Source: Candidatus Parcubacteria bacterium
Lineage (GTDB): Bacteria > Patescibacteriota > Patescibacteriia > Patescibacteriales > Patescibacteriaceae
Length of the DNA stretch: 55,212 nt
Reading direction: 5' to 3'
Assembly: GCA_023459655.1 (NCBI GenBank)
Contig: JAEWTE010000040.1
Span: 1 to 55,212 of the forward strand
Positions within the stretch are counted from its first letter, which is position 1. Each line of letters begins with the position of its first letter. This document shows, in pieces, positions 41,918 to 51,940 of this stretch. Made by a program: the position numbers and the translations under genes. The notes beneath the pieces were generated by a model. That model saw only the letters and a list, made by a program, of their open reading frames with translations, was not told the origin of the DNA and made no database searches.

Positions 41918-43030
41918 AAACAATTAATAATCAGACTTTTGAGGCGATGCGTCAGCGCCTTCTAGAAATTGGGAGGTGGCTTTGACCTAGCTACTAAGCA
42001 ACGACAATTAGCTATCTTACAAGAAAATGCTCAGGCAACTGATTTGTGGTCTGATCCAGAACAAGCTGGGCAATTATTAAAAAAAATTGAAGCTATCCAA
42101 ACTGAGATTAATGATTACCAAGCGGTATTGCAGAGGTTGGATGATTTAACCGAGTTAGTAATTGCTGGTCAGACCGATGCAATGGCGGCTGACTTGGTTC
42201 AAAATGAATTAGAACAATTGTCTCAAATTTTAGATCAATTAGAAAATAGTCGTTTTTTTGATCAACCGCATGATGATTTGCCGGTTATTTTATCTATTCA
42301 TGCTGGTACCGGTGGGGTTGATGCTCAAGATTGGGCGGCGATGTTGGAGCGATTATATTTGCGTTACGCTGATCGACAGGGTTGGTCTAGTCGGATTATA
42401 GATGAACAGCTTGGTAATGAGGCTGGCATTAAAAGTGCTACTTTACGTTTAGTCGGACCATTAGCTTATGGTTATCTGCGTGGTGAAGGTGGTACTCATC
42501 GGTTATTGCGTAATTCGCCTTTTAATGCTCAGCATTTGCGTCAAACTTCTTTTGCTATGGTCGAAATTTTACCTGAATTGCCAATTAGTCAAGCACCGGT
42601 TATTGCTGATAATGATTTACAAGTTGATGTTTTTCGATCTTCTGGTCCGGGTGGCCAGGGGGTCAATACGACTGATTCAGCAGTTCGTTTAACTCATCTG
42701 CCAACTGGTTTAGTGGTAAGTTGTCAAAGTGAGCGCTCACAGCATCAAAACAAGGCCCTAGCTTTAGTGGTTTTACAATCAAAATTGGCTCAACGACAAG
42801 TTGAAGAATTAAATCAGCAAAAACAAGCACTCAAAGGTCAGCAAATCAAGGCTGATTGGGGTTTGCAGATTAGATCATATTTTTTATATGGTAGTCAGAT
42901 TGTTAAGGATCATCGGACCAATATTAGCACCAGTGATATTGCTGGAGTTTTTGATGGTAATTTGGATTGTTTTTTAAAAGCTTATTGGCTTTGGGATTGG
43001 CAGCGTCGTCAGGTTGAAAAATCTGATTAA
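41911..43030 (+). CDS. prfB: Peptide chain release factor 2, requiring a programmed +1 frameshift at CTT TGA C (41980-41986)
   Basis: Frame 0 reads MLETINNQTFEAMRQRLLEIGRWL, then TGA at 41983. GGGAGG (41971-41976) lies 3 nt before CTT. The +1 frame continues DLATKQRQL... with SPF (NSPFNAQ) and GGQ (SSGPGGQGVN). Confidence 0.93.
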
Positions 43031-43047
43031 TAATAATTTATAATTTT

Positions 43048-44547
43048 ATGTCCGGAGGGGGACAATTCTTTCCGGCTAGCCGTTATTGGCTAGCTTTTGT
43101 TTTAGGTATTGCTCTAGTGGGCTTGTGGCCAGCAATTTGGCCAGCAGCTTATTTTTATAGTAGCTTATTAGGAATATTATTATTTAGTGGTTTAATTAAT
43201 CGATTAAATTGGCCTAGTCTCTTAATTATTATCTGTTTGGCTAGTGGGTTTTGGCGAGCGACTAGTGTTTTGCAGTCAGCTCAGGTAGCAACTAAAGCCT
43301 TAACTTGCCCTAGTCGTAATATCATGGTTAGTGGTCAATTAGTCAACCAACCACAGGCTAGATCTAGTGGTGGTTCGCAAATGGTTATTAAACAAGTGCG
43401 TTATAATTGTGGTTCAACCTGGCAGACTTGGTCCGGGCGAGTTCTGATTTATGGGCCTGATCTTTGGTTAACTGCTGCTCAGATTGGTCAAAAATGGCAA
43501 TTTAATGGCCAGCTGGTCAATTGGCCGACTGGTGGTATTTTTAGTTATCGCTATTATTTATTTAATCAAGGAGTCCGAGTTGTTTTAAAGGCTGATCAGC
43601 GTCAATTGATAGCTAATCAGCCTAGAAATTGGTGGTTTTATTTGGTCAATAGCCAACAACGACTATCTCAAGCTTTGTCTAATAGTTTGCCAGAACCAGC
43701 GGCTAGTTTGGCTGGTCCTTTGGTTTGGGGTGGAGCTGGTCGGCTGTCAGTCGAGTGGCGCCAGCGTTTAGCTATTACTGGTCTAAGTCATATTACAGCG
43801 GTATCGGGTTTTAATATTAGTCTTTTAGTTATGTTATTTGTTAATAATTTAATTATACTAGGTTGGCCCCGGCGTTGGGCGACGATTATGACTAGTTTAA
43901 TTATAACCGCCTATGTTCTAGTTATTGGTGCGCCAGCCTCAGCGGTTCGAGCTGGATTACTAGGATTATTAATGCTTTGGGGTCAGCAATTTGGTTATTT
44001 AAGTCGAGTTGGTCACTTACTTTTAGTTAGCGCCGCCTTGATGCTAATAGTTAATCCTTTTTATTTTTGGGGTGATTTAGGTTTTAGTTTGTCTTTTGCC
44101 GCGGTTTTCGGTTTGATTTATTGGACTGATTGGTGGCAGAAATGGTTTCAGCGTTTACCATTATTGCGTCAACCATTGATTAGTGAAAATCTGGCTGTTA
44201 CTTTGGCTGCTCAAGTCTGGACTTGGCCGTTAATTTTTTGGCAATTTGGTCAAATCTCTTTGATTGCGCCGCTGGCCAATTTATTAGTTATTTGGTCTTT
44301 GCCCTGGTTGACCATTTTTTTATTATTAGCTAGTCCCTTAGCCTGGCTGTGGCCAACTGGTGGTGTTTTTATCTTTGCTCCAGCTGGTTGGTTATTAAAT
44401 AGTTTATTAGCTATAATTGCCAATTTAGCTAATTGGCCTTTTGCTGGTTTTGTTGTGGAGTGGTCGGATAATTGGCGGATAGGTATTATTTTGATTTATT
44501 ATGGGTTGACCGTAATTTGGTTAAGAAAATTATCTTTAAAAGATTGA
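43048..44547 (+). CDS. comEC: ComEC/Rec2 family DNA-uptake channel protein (N-terminal OB/DUF4131-like plus competence domain; no metallo-beta-lactamase domain)
   Basis: Polytopic membrane protein containing ITGLSHITAVSGFNISLL...GAPASAVRAGLLG. Confidence 0.8.
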   Translation: MSGGGQFFPASRYWLAFVLGIALVGLWPAIWPAAYFYSSLLGILLFSGLINRLNWPSLLIIICLASGFWRATSVLQSAQVATKALTCPSRNIMVSGQLVNQPQARSSGGSQMVIKQVRYNCGSTWQTWSGRVLIYGPDLWLTAAQIGQKWQFNGQLVNWPTGGIFSYRYYLFNQGVRVVLKADQRQLIANQPRNWWFYLVNSQQRLSQALSNSLPEPAASLAGPLVWGGAGRLSVEWRQRLAITGLSHITAVSGFNISLLVMLFVNNLIILGWPRRWATIMTSLIITAYVLVIGAPASAVRAGLLGLLMLWGQQFGYLSRVGHLLLVSAALMLIVNPFYFWGDLGFSLSFAAVFGLIYWTDWWQKWFQRLPLLRQPLISENLAVTLAAQVWTWPLIFWQFGQISLIAPLANLLVIWSLPWLTIFLLLASPLAWLWPTGGVFIFAPAGWLLNSLLAIIANLANWPFAGFVVEWSDNWRIGIILIYYGLTVIWLRKLSLKD

Positions 44548-44553
44548 ATTTTT

Positions 44554-44579
44554 CACCTTGCTTTTCCAAGGTGTTTTTG
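44554..44579 (+). terminator. Rho-independent terminator after comEC
   Basis: caccttg / cttttc / caaggtg followed by tttttg. Confidence 0.65.
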
Positions 44580-44609
44580 TTATGCTAACAGCAGTTTCTA
44601 TTGATTTTT

Positions 44610-47237
44610 ATGACTGAATTAGCTAAAACCTACGAACCGCAAAATCACGAAGCGGCAATTTATCAGCGCTGGCTAGATAGCGGCTTGTTTAATCCAGATA
44701 ATTTGCCCTTACCAGCTGAGGCCCCCAGCTATACTATTGTTTTACCGCCACCCAATATTACTGATAAGTTGCATTTGGGTCATGCTGCCATGCTGGCTAT
44801 TGAAGATCTATTGATTCGTTATCATCGGGCTCGTGGCTATCGGACGCTGTGGTTACCTGGCACCGACCACGCCGCTATCGCTACCCAGAATGTGGTTGAA
44901 AAGTTACTCTATCAGACCGAGGGTAAGACTCGTCATGATTATGGTCGAGAAGAGTTTTTGCGTCGGGTTTGGGAATTTGTCGGGCCAACCAGAGAGACTA
45001 TTCTGCATCAAATCAAAAAAATGGGGGCCTCGCTAGATTGGTCGCGGATGGCTTTTACTATGGATGAACCGCGGCAAAAGGCAGTGCGGACGATGTTTAA
45101 ACAGATGTATGATGAGGGAGCGATTTATCGTGGTGAACGGGTGGTTAATTGGTGTCCACGTTGTCAAAGTACTCTATCTGATGATGAGGTTGAATATAAA
45201 GAACAGCCGACCGAATTATATACTTTTAAATATTCGACTGATTTTCCTATAGCTATTGCTACCACTCGTCCAGAAACCAAGTTGGGTGATACGGCAGTAG
45301 CTGTTAATCCTCAAGATGAGCGTTATCAACAATATATTGGTCAGACCTATCAGGTTGATTTTTGTGGTCAACCGTTAACCATTAAGATTATTGCTGATCG
45401 GGCTGTTGATATGACTTTTGGTACCGGTGCGGTTGGGGTGACTCCAGCTCATTCTATGACCGATTGGCAGTTTAAAGAAAAACACGACTTAGCTGTAGTT
45501 AAGGTTATCAATCCAGATGGTTTAATGGCCGAAAATTTGGGTCATTTTAGTAATTTGTCGGTTCAAGCAGCTCGTCAACAAGTGGTGGCTGAATTGGAAC
45601 AGCGAGGATTATTAATTGCCCAAGAAACGATTACTAATAATTTATCTATTTGCTATCGTTGCGGTACTGCTATTGAACCATTGCCATCTAAACAATGGTT
45701 TATTGGCGTTGATCAGCCCTTAGAACGATTGGGCGGTCAGTCGTTGAAACAGGCAGCCATGGCGGCCGTGGAGCAAGGTCAAACTAAATTTGTGCCTGAG
45801 CGTTTTCAGAAACGCTATTTAGATTGGATGGCTAATTTACATGATTGGTGTATTTCTCGACAGATTTGGTTTGGTCATCAGATTCCAGTTTGGTATAAAG
45901 ATGAAGAAATTGTGGTTGGTGAAGTAGCGCCTAGTGGTAGTGGTTGGCGTCAAGATCCAGATACTCTAGACACCTGGTTTTCTTCAGGCATGTGGACTTT
46001 TTCTACCTTAGGCTGGCCAGATAATTTAGTTAATGGTCAAAAAAATGGTGACTTGGGTCGTTTTCACCCAACTCAAGTTCTAGAAACCGGTTATGATATT
46101 TTGACTTTATGGGTTTCACGAATGATGATGATGACTATCTTTGCTTTAGGCGAGGTGCCATTTACTGATGTTTATTTGCACGGTTTAGTTTTGGATGAAC
46201 ATGGCAAAAAGATGAGTAAGTCCAAAGGTAATGGTCTAGATCCATTAGATATGATTGAGCTTTATGGCACTGATGCGGTCCGCTTGTCACTGCTAATTGG
46301 TATTACTCCAGGTAATGATTGTCGTCTGGGAGCCGATAAGATTGCTAGCTATCGTAATTTCGTTAATAAGCTTTGGAATATCGGTCGCTATATTTTGTCG
46401 ACCTTACCAGATCAAGCAGTTTTTGTCCAGAATAATATAGACTTATCTCAGACAACTTTAGCTGATCGTTGGATTTTAAGTCGGTTTGATAAATTAATCG
46501 AAACAGTTAGTCAGCGGATTAGTCATTATGAATTTTCTTTAGCTGGTGAGGCTTTGCGAGATTTTACTTGGAACGATTTAGCTGATTGGTATTTAGAGAT
46601 TAGTAAGATGGAGCCGACTAGTCAGAAGGCCAATATCTTGGGTTATATTTTTAAGAATTTGTTAATTTTATGGCAACCATTTATTCCTTTTGTTAGCGAA
46701 GTTTTGTGGCAACAATTAGGAATTGATCAATCGTTGTTAATTGCTAAATGGCCCAAGCCACTAAACAATGATTGGTCTGAGGCCGATGAGTTTAGTACAG
46801 TTCAACAATTAATTACTGAGATTCGTAATTTGCGCAGTAATCATCAGATCGCTCCCAGTCAGAAATTATCTGCCTTAATCATTGCCGGGCAACAAGCTGA
46901 GATTTTGAATAGTCAAATAGATTTATTAATGAAATTGCGAACTGGCTTGGATCAAGTCGAGGTTGTTGTTACTGGTCAAGCTCCAATTGATTCTTTAGCC
47001 GGAGCTTGTGGTCAGCTGAGTTTTTATTTGTCTGGTCAAATTGATCAAACTGGAGCTAAAGAAAAAACTATTAAGAAGATTGCTGAGCTGACTGCGGCAA
47101 TTAAGCAATTGAGTGCTCGATTAGATAATCCTGAATTTATAGCCAAAGCGCCAGAAAAAATTATTTTAGCCGAAAAAAATAAACTAGCTGGTTGGCAAGC
47201 TGAGCTAGCTACTTTAAATCAGCAAATAACTAAATGA
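44610..47237 (+). CDS. valS: Valine--tRNA ligase
   Basis: PPPNITDKLHLGHA (HIGH), KMSKSKGN, and a C-terminal coiled coil. ATG 44610 is preferred over the TTG at 44601. Confidence 0.93.
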   Translation: MTELAKTYEPQNHEAAIYQRWLDSGLFNPDNLPLPAEAPSYTIVLPPPNITDKLHLGHAAMLAIEDLLIRYHRARGYRTLWLPGTDHAAIATQNVVEKLLYQTEGKTRHDYGREEFLRRVWEFVGPTRETILHQIKKMGASLDWSRMAFTMDEPRQKAVRTMFKQMYDEGAIYRGERVVNWCPRCQSTLSDDEVEYKEQPTELYTFKYSTDFPIAIATTRPETKLGDTAVAVNPQDERYQQYIGQTYQVDFCGQPLTIKIIADRAVDMTFGTGAVGVTPAHSMTDWQFKEKHDLAVVKVINPDGLMAENLGHFSNLSVQAARQQVVAELEQRGLLIAQETITNNLSICYRCGTAIEPLPSKQWFIGVDQPLERLGGQSLKQAAMAAVEQGQTKFVPERFQKRYLDWMANLHDWCISRQIWFGHQIPVWYKDEEIVVGEVAPSGSGWRQDPDTLDTWFSSGMWTFSTLGWPDNLVNGQKNGDLGRFHPTQVLETGYDILTLWVSRMMMMTIFALGEVPFTDVYLHGLVLDEHGKKMSKSKGNGLDPLDMIELYGTDAVRLSLLIGITPGNDCRLGADKIASYRNFVNKLWNIGRYILSTLPDQAVFVQNNIDLSQTTLADRWILSRFDKLIETVSQRISHYEFSLAGEALRDFTWNDLADWYLEISKMEPTSQKANILGYIFKNLLILWQPFIPFVSEVLWQQLGIDQSLLIAKWPKPLNNDWSEADEFSTVQQLITEIRNLRSNHQIAPSQKLSALIIAGQQAEILNSQIDLLMKLRTGLDQVEVVVTGQAPIDSLAGACGQLSFYLSGQIDQTGAKEKTIKKIAELTAAIKQLSARLDNPEFIAKAPEKIILAEKNKLAGWQAELATLNQQITK

Positions 47238-47238
47238 T

Positions 47239-48006
47239 ATGTGGTTTTTAAATCTATTAATTTCTTTATTAGTCGCTTTAATTACTTGGTCGCTAGCTCG
47301 TTGGTCGACTAGTTTTAGTTTACATTGGGCCAATCGTCAGCCTAAAATAACTACATTTAATCCGACTATGCGCTTGATTATTCAGCGGGCGGTTCAGATT
47401 CTGATTTATATAGCCGGCTTATTAATTATTGGTCGAATTTGGAGTGTTGATATTAGACCATTATGGGCTGGACTTGGTGTGGCTGGGATAGCCATTGCTT
47501 TGGGCCTACAGGAGACCTTGTCCAATTTATTTGCGGCCTTTTTTGTTATTATTGATAAGACTATTCATGTTGGTGCCTATCTTAAACTAGATGATGGCAC
47601 AGTGGCCAAGGTGGAAGATATTTCTTGGCGATCGACTAGGCTTAAGGCCCCTAGTGGCGAGAAAATCATCATGCCTAATCGTTTATTTGCTAATCAGAAG
47701 GTTATTAGCCGTGGTCAGACCGACAAAGATTGGACAGTTGCTATTAACGCCGTGGCTGGACCAGGTAGTCAGTTAGAAGAAATTGAGGCCGGCGCTATAG
47801 TGGCTGGTCAAATTGTGGCTAAAAAATATCAGGCTAAGCCGACACCAGCTAAATTTTATTTTGAAGAATTAACCTCAGCTGGTTTGAAATTTAAATTATC
47901 TATTAAAATTGATAATGCTGTTAATGAGATGACAGTGCGTCATGAGTTATTAAAGAATTTGACCATCGAGCTAGCCAAGCGGTCTTGTCCGCTAGTTGGT
48001 CGCTAA
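47239..48006 (+). CDS. Small-conductance mechanosensitive channel (MscS family)
   Basis: GVAGIAIALGLQETLSNLFAAFFVIIDKTIHVGAYLKLDDGTVAKVEDISWRSTRLKAPSGEKIIMPN. Confidence 0.8.
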   Translation: MWFLNLLISLLVALITWSLARWSTSFSLHWANRQPKITTFNPTMRLIIQRAVQILIYIAGLLIIGRIWSVDIRPLWAGLGVAGIAIALGLQETLSNLFAAFFVIIDKTIHVGAYLKLDDGTVAKVEDISWRSTRLKAPSGEKIIMPNRLFANQKVISRGQTDKDWTVAINAVAGPGSQLEEIEAGAIVAGQIVAKKYQAKPTPAKFYFEELTSAGLKFKLSIKIDNAVNEMTVRHELLKNLTIELAKRSCPLVGR

Positions 48007-48010
48007 ATAT

Positions 48011-49210
48011 ATGATTAAAACCGATTCTAAATTAATTGATGAATTATTAGAGCGTGGTGTTGACGAAGTTATTATTAAAGATCAACTGCGTCAAAAGCTT
48101 TTAAGCGGCCAAAAGTTGCGGATTAAGTTAGGTATTGACCCAACCAGCCCCAATTTACATTTGGGTCGATCTATTCCTTTACTTAAATTGCGTGACCTGC
48201 AGCAATTGGGTCATCAGATTGTTTTCATTGTTGGCGATTTTACTGGGGTGATTGGTGATACCTCAGACAAGGATAGTGAACGGCCAATGTTGTCGCCAGA
48301 AAAAATCAAGGAAAACATGATTCAGTATCTCAAGCAAGTTGGCCAATTGATTGACTTAGATAATTGTGAATTTCATTATAATAGTCAGTGGCTAGGCAAA
48401 TTAACCTATAGTCAGATTGGCGAGCAGGCTGATCAGTTTTCAGTAGCTGAATTTATTGCTCGTGATAATATTCGCCGTCGCCTAGAGACTGGTTCGCGGG
48501 TGTCAGTTCGGGAAATGTTATATCCATTAATGCAGGGGTATGATAGTGTTGTGGTCAAGGCTGATGTTGAATTGGGCGGCACTGACCAGCGTTTTAACCT
48601 ACTAGCCGGTCGTAAATTACAAGAGCACTTTGGTCAAGCACCGCAAAATATCATTATGACTGAATTGGCTGAAGGTACTGATGGTCGTAAAATGAGTTCT
48701 AGTTGGGGTAATACTATTAATTTTACCGATCAGCCGACGGCGATGTATGCTAAAGTAATGGGCATTGGTGATAATTTAATTATTAAATATTTTATTTTAA
48801 TGACGCGGTTGCCACTAAGCCAAGTCCAAGAATACGAACAGGCGATTAATAATGGTGGTAATCCGCGTGATGCTAAAATGGCTCTGGCTAAAGAAATTGT
48901 TAGTATTTATCACGGTCAAACCGCTGCTGATCAAGCTGAGGATTATTTTATCAAAGTTGTCCAACAAAAAACTCGGCCAGAAGATATTGTTACCATTAAA
49001 CTAACTAAAGCCGAATGGTCAATCATTGATTTATTATTAGAAATTAAAGCAACCACTAGTCGTGGTGAGGCTCGTCGATTAATTGAACAAGGTGGAGTTA
49101 AGTTGTCTGAACAGGTGATAACGGATAGTCAGTCGTTGGTTAAACTAAATGATGAACCGATTTTATTACAAAAAGGCAAGAAACAGTTCTGGTATTTAGT
49201 TACTGAATAA
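48011..49210 (+). CDS. tyrS: Tyrosine--tRNA ligase
   Basis: GIDPTSPNLHLGR (HIGH-like), KMSSSWGN (KMSKS), and a C-terminal S4 domain SRGEARRLIEQGGVKL. ATG 48011 is preferred over the TTG at 47996. Confidence 0.9.
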   Translation: MIKTDSKLIDELLERGVDEVIIKDQLRQKLLSGQKLRIKLGIDPTSPNLHLGRSIPLLKLRDLQQLGHQIVFIVGDFTGVIGDTSDKDSERPMLSPEKIKENMIQYLKQVGQLIDLDNCEFHYNSQWLGKLTYSQIGEQADQFSVAEFIARDNIRRRLETGSRVSVREMLYPLMQGYDSVVVKADVELGGTDQRFNLLAGRKLQEHFGQAPQNIIMTELAEGTDGRKMSSSWGNTINFTDQPTAMYAKVMGIGDNLIIKYFILMTRLPLSQVQEYEQAINNGGNPRDAKMALAKEIVSIYHGQTAADQAEDYFIKVVQQKTRPEDIVTIKLTKAEWSIIDLLLEIKATTSRGEARRLIEQGGVKLSEQVITDSQSLVKLNDEPILLQKGKKQFWYLVTE

Positions 49211-49211
49211 T

Positions 49212-50909
49212 ATGAGTGATTATTACCATAACATAACTTCAAGAATTGCTGAATTAATTAATCAGCAATTGTCAGAGCCGTTAACTAGGGCTGAAGAGAT
49301 TGTTGTTCCACCGCAAGCTGACATGGGTGATTTGAGCTGGCCTTGTTTTCAAGTAGCTAAACAATTAGGGTTAGCCCCGGGTTTATTAGCTCAGAATTTA
49401 GTGGCCAAATTAAGTGTTATTAATGATCCATTAATTTCTGGTTGGCAAGCCTCCGGTCCTTATTTAAATATTATTTTGTCATCGCAATTAGTAGCTAAAG
49501 ATATTTTAAAAGAAATTAACCAAGAAAAAGAAAATTACGGTCGTTCTACTAATGGTCAGAATCAGCGGATCATGATTGAATATTCCAATGCTAATACTCA
49601 TAAAGAATATCATATTGGTCATTTGCGTAATCTATTTTTTGGTGATAGCATTCAACGGATTTTAAATTTTACTGGTTATCAGGCTATTCCCGTGTCATAT
49701 TTAAATGACTTTGGCATTCATACGGCTAAAGTTTTGTGGAAATTGAGCCAACAGCCCGCTAATCAGCCGATACCGGAAAATCGTGGTTATTATTTAGGGC
49801 AATTATATGCTCAAGCTAGCCAGGAGCTACCCAATGATCCAATTGGTCAAGGCTTGGTCGGGGCGATTATGAAACATCTGGAAGCTAAACAACAGCCAGA
49901 ATATAGTCGTTGGCAAGAAACTAGACAATGGAGTATCGATCAATTTAATGAGATTTATCGTCAATTAGATATTAAATTTGAACAAACTTTTTTTGAAAGT
50001 GATTATTTAGATCAGGGTCGTCAATTGGTTAATCAAATGTTAGCTGATGGTCGTTTAGAAAAAAGCCAGGGAGCAGTCTTGGCTAATTTAGAAGCTGATA
50101 AATTAGGTGTATTATTATTTTTGCGGAGTGATGGTACTGCTCTTTATCCAGTGGCTGATTTACCACTGGCTCAAGATAAGTTTGCCAAATATCAATTAGC
50201 TGAATCTTGGTATGTGATTGATGAACGACAAAGTCTTTATTTTCAGCAATTAGCCGCCGTTTTACGTCGATTGGGGATTAATCAACCAATTCGTCATTTG
50301 TCCTATAGTTTTGTCAAGTTACCAACCGGTATGATGGCTTCGCGACAGGGCAATGTTATTACCTATGAACAATTAAAACAGGAGTTATTAGATAAAGAAT
50401 TAGCTGAAATAAATAGTCGCCACAGTGATTGGAGTGAAGAGCAACGTCAACAAACCGCTTGGCAAGTTGTAGTTGGTGCGTTAAAATTTGAAATGATTAA
50501 AGTTGGTCCGGATAAGCCAATTAGTTTTGATCTTAATCAGGCGCTTAGTTTTGATGGTTATACTGCTGCCTATATCCAATATGCTGCTGTTCGTCTGGCC
50601 GCTATTTTGCGCCAAACTGAGCTGGCTGAGCAGTTATCCATACCAGTAGACTTATCAACTGAAAAAGGTCTTTTATTAACTTTGGCTCGGTTTGGTCAAG
50701 TGGTTAGTCAGGCTGGTCAGCAGGCTGACCCATCAGTTTTGGCTAAATATTTATTTGAATTAGCTCAGCAATTTAATGATTATTATCAGCGAGTGCGGAT
50801 TATTGGTTCGGCTGAGCAAGATTTCCGTTTACACTTGGTCGCAGCGATTCGTCAAGTTTTAATTAATGGACTTAATCTTTTAGGCATTCAGGCCCCTGAA
50901 ATAATGTAA
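49212..50909 (+). CDS. argS: Arginine--tRNA ligase
   Basis: SNANTHKEYHIGHLRN (HIGH) and a DALR-type anticodon-binding C-terminus. Confidence 0.9.
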   Translation: MSDYYHNITSRIAELINQQLSEPLTRAEEIVVPPQADMGDLSWPCFQVAKQLGLAPGLLAQNLVAKLSVINDPLISGWQASGPYLNIILSSQLVAKDILKEINQEKENYGRSTNGQNQRIMIEYSNANTHKEYHIGHLRNLFFGDSIQRILNFTGYQAIPVSYLNDFGIHTAKVLWKLSQQPANQPIPENRGYYLGQLYAQASQELPNDPIGQGLVGAIMKHLEAKQQPEYSRWQETRQWSIDQFNEIYRQLDIKFEQTFFESDYLDQGRQLVNQMLADGRLEKSQGAVLANLEADKLGVLLFLRSDGTALYPVADLPLAQDKFAKYQLAESWYVIDERQSLYFQQLAAVLRRLGINQPIRHLSYSFVKLPTGMMASRQGNVITYEQLKQELLDKELAEINSRHSDWSEEQRQQTAWQVVVGALKFEMIKVGPDKPISFDLNQALSFDGYTAAYIQYAAVRLAAILRQTELAEQLSIPVDLSTEKGLLLTLARFGQVVSQAGQQADPSVLAKYLFELAQQFNDYYQRVRIIGSAEQDFRLHLVAAIRQVLINGLNLLGIQAPEIM

Positions 50910-50914
50910 AATAT

Positions 50915-51940
50915 ATGTTACCCAATGAATTATTAGATCAATTGCGTTCTGAACTGGCAGCAGTAGCTGATGAGGCTGGTCTGAGTGCTGTTTGGCAAAA
51001 ATATTTAGGTAAACAAGGCTTAATTAAACAGCAGGTTAAGGCGTTGTCAGCTTTAGCAATTGAAGAAAAACGGCAACAAGGCCCAGTCTGGCAGGCTGCT
51101 CAACAATCAGCTCAAGAATTATTAGATAGTCGGGCGGCTGAATTGGTTGCTATTAGTCGCCAAGCTGCTTGTCAAACAGAAGCTCAAGAGATTAGTTTGA
51201 AACCGGTTAAGCTTGGACATTTGCATCCAATTACTCAAACTATTCGTCAGCTCAATGATTTATTTATTAAAATGGGTTATAGCGTGATGGAAGATCGAGA
51301 AATTGAAACTGATGAATTTTGCTTTCAGCGTCTTAATGTTCCAATGGATCATCCGGCTCGTGACATGCAGGATACATTTTATTTGCAGGAACCTAATATT
51401 CTACTGCGAACTCAAACTTCATCAGTTGAGGCGCGATTATTAGCTAATTATAAACCGCCCTTTAAGGTAGTTTGTCCCGGTCGGGTTTATCGCAATGAGA
51501 CTGTTAATAAAAGCAATCACTTTATTTTTCACCATTATCAGGGCATCGTGGTTATGGAAAAGGTTAGTTTGGCTGATTTATTTGGTACATTTACAGCTTT
51601 ATTTCAATCGATTTATGGACCGGAAGTGAAAATTCGTTTTCGTAATAAATATTATCCTGAAGTTGAGCCCGGCGTTGGTCCAGATATGCAGTGCTTTAAT
51701 TGTCAGGGTTCAGGTTGTTCAATTTGTAAAGGAGTTGGTTGGATTGAGATGGGCGGTGCTGGCTTAATTCATCCCAAGGTTTTAACGATGGCTGGACTAG
51801 ATCCGGAACAATGGCAAGGCTTTGCTTTTGGTCTTGGTCTTGATCGTTGGGCGATGGCCCATCATAATATTACAGATATCCGCACTTTATTGGGCGGTAA
51901 TTTAGGTTATAAACCCTACCACCATGAAAATACTTTATAA
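50915..51940 (+). CDS. pheS: Phenylalanine--tRNA ligase alpha subunit
   Basis: HPARDMQDTFY, LLRTQTSSV, FRNKYYPEVEPG, Zn knuckle CFNCQGSGCSICKGVGWIEMGGAG, and FAFGLGLDRWAM. Confidence 0.92.
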   Translation: MLPNELLDQLRSELAAVADEAGLSAVWQKYLGKQGLIKQQVKALSALAIEEKRQQGPVWQAAQQSAQELLDSRAAELVAISRQAACQTEAQEISLKPVKLGHLHPITQTIRQLNDLFIKMGYSVMEDREIETDEFCFQRLNVPMDHPARDMQDTFYLQEPNILLRTQTSSVEARLLANYKPPFKVVCPGRVYRNETVNKSNHFIFHHYQGIVVMEKVSLADLFGTFTALFQSIYGPEVKIRFRNKYYPEVEPGVGPDMQCFNCQGSGCSICKGVGWIEMGGAGLIHPKVLTMAGLDPEQWQGFAFGLGLDRWAMAHHNITDIRTLLGGNLGYKPYHHENTL

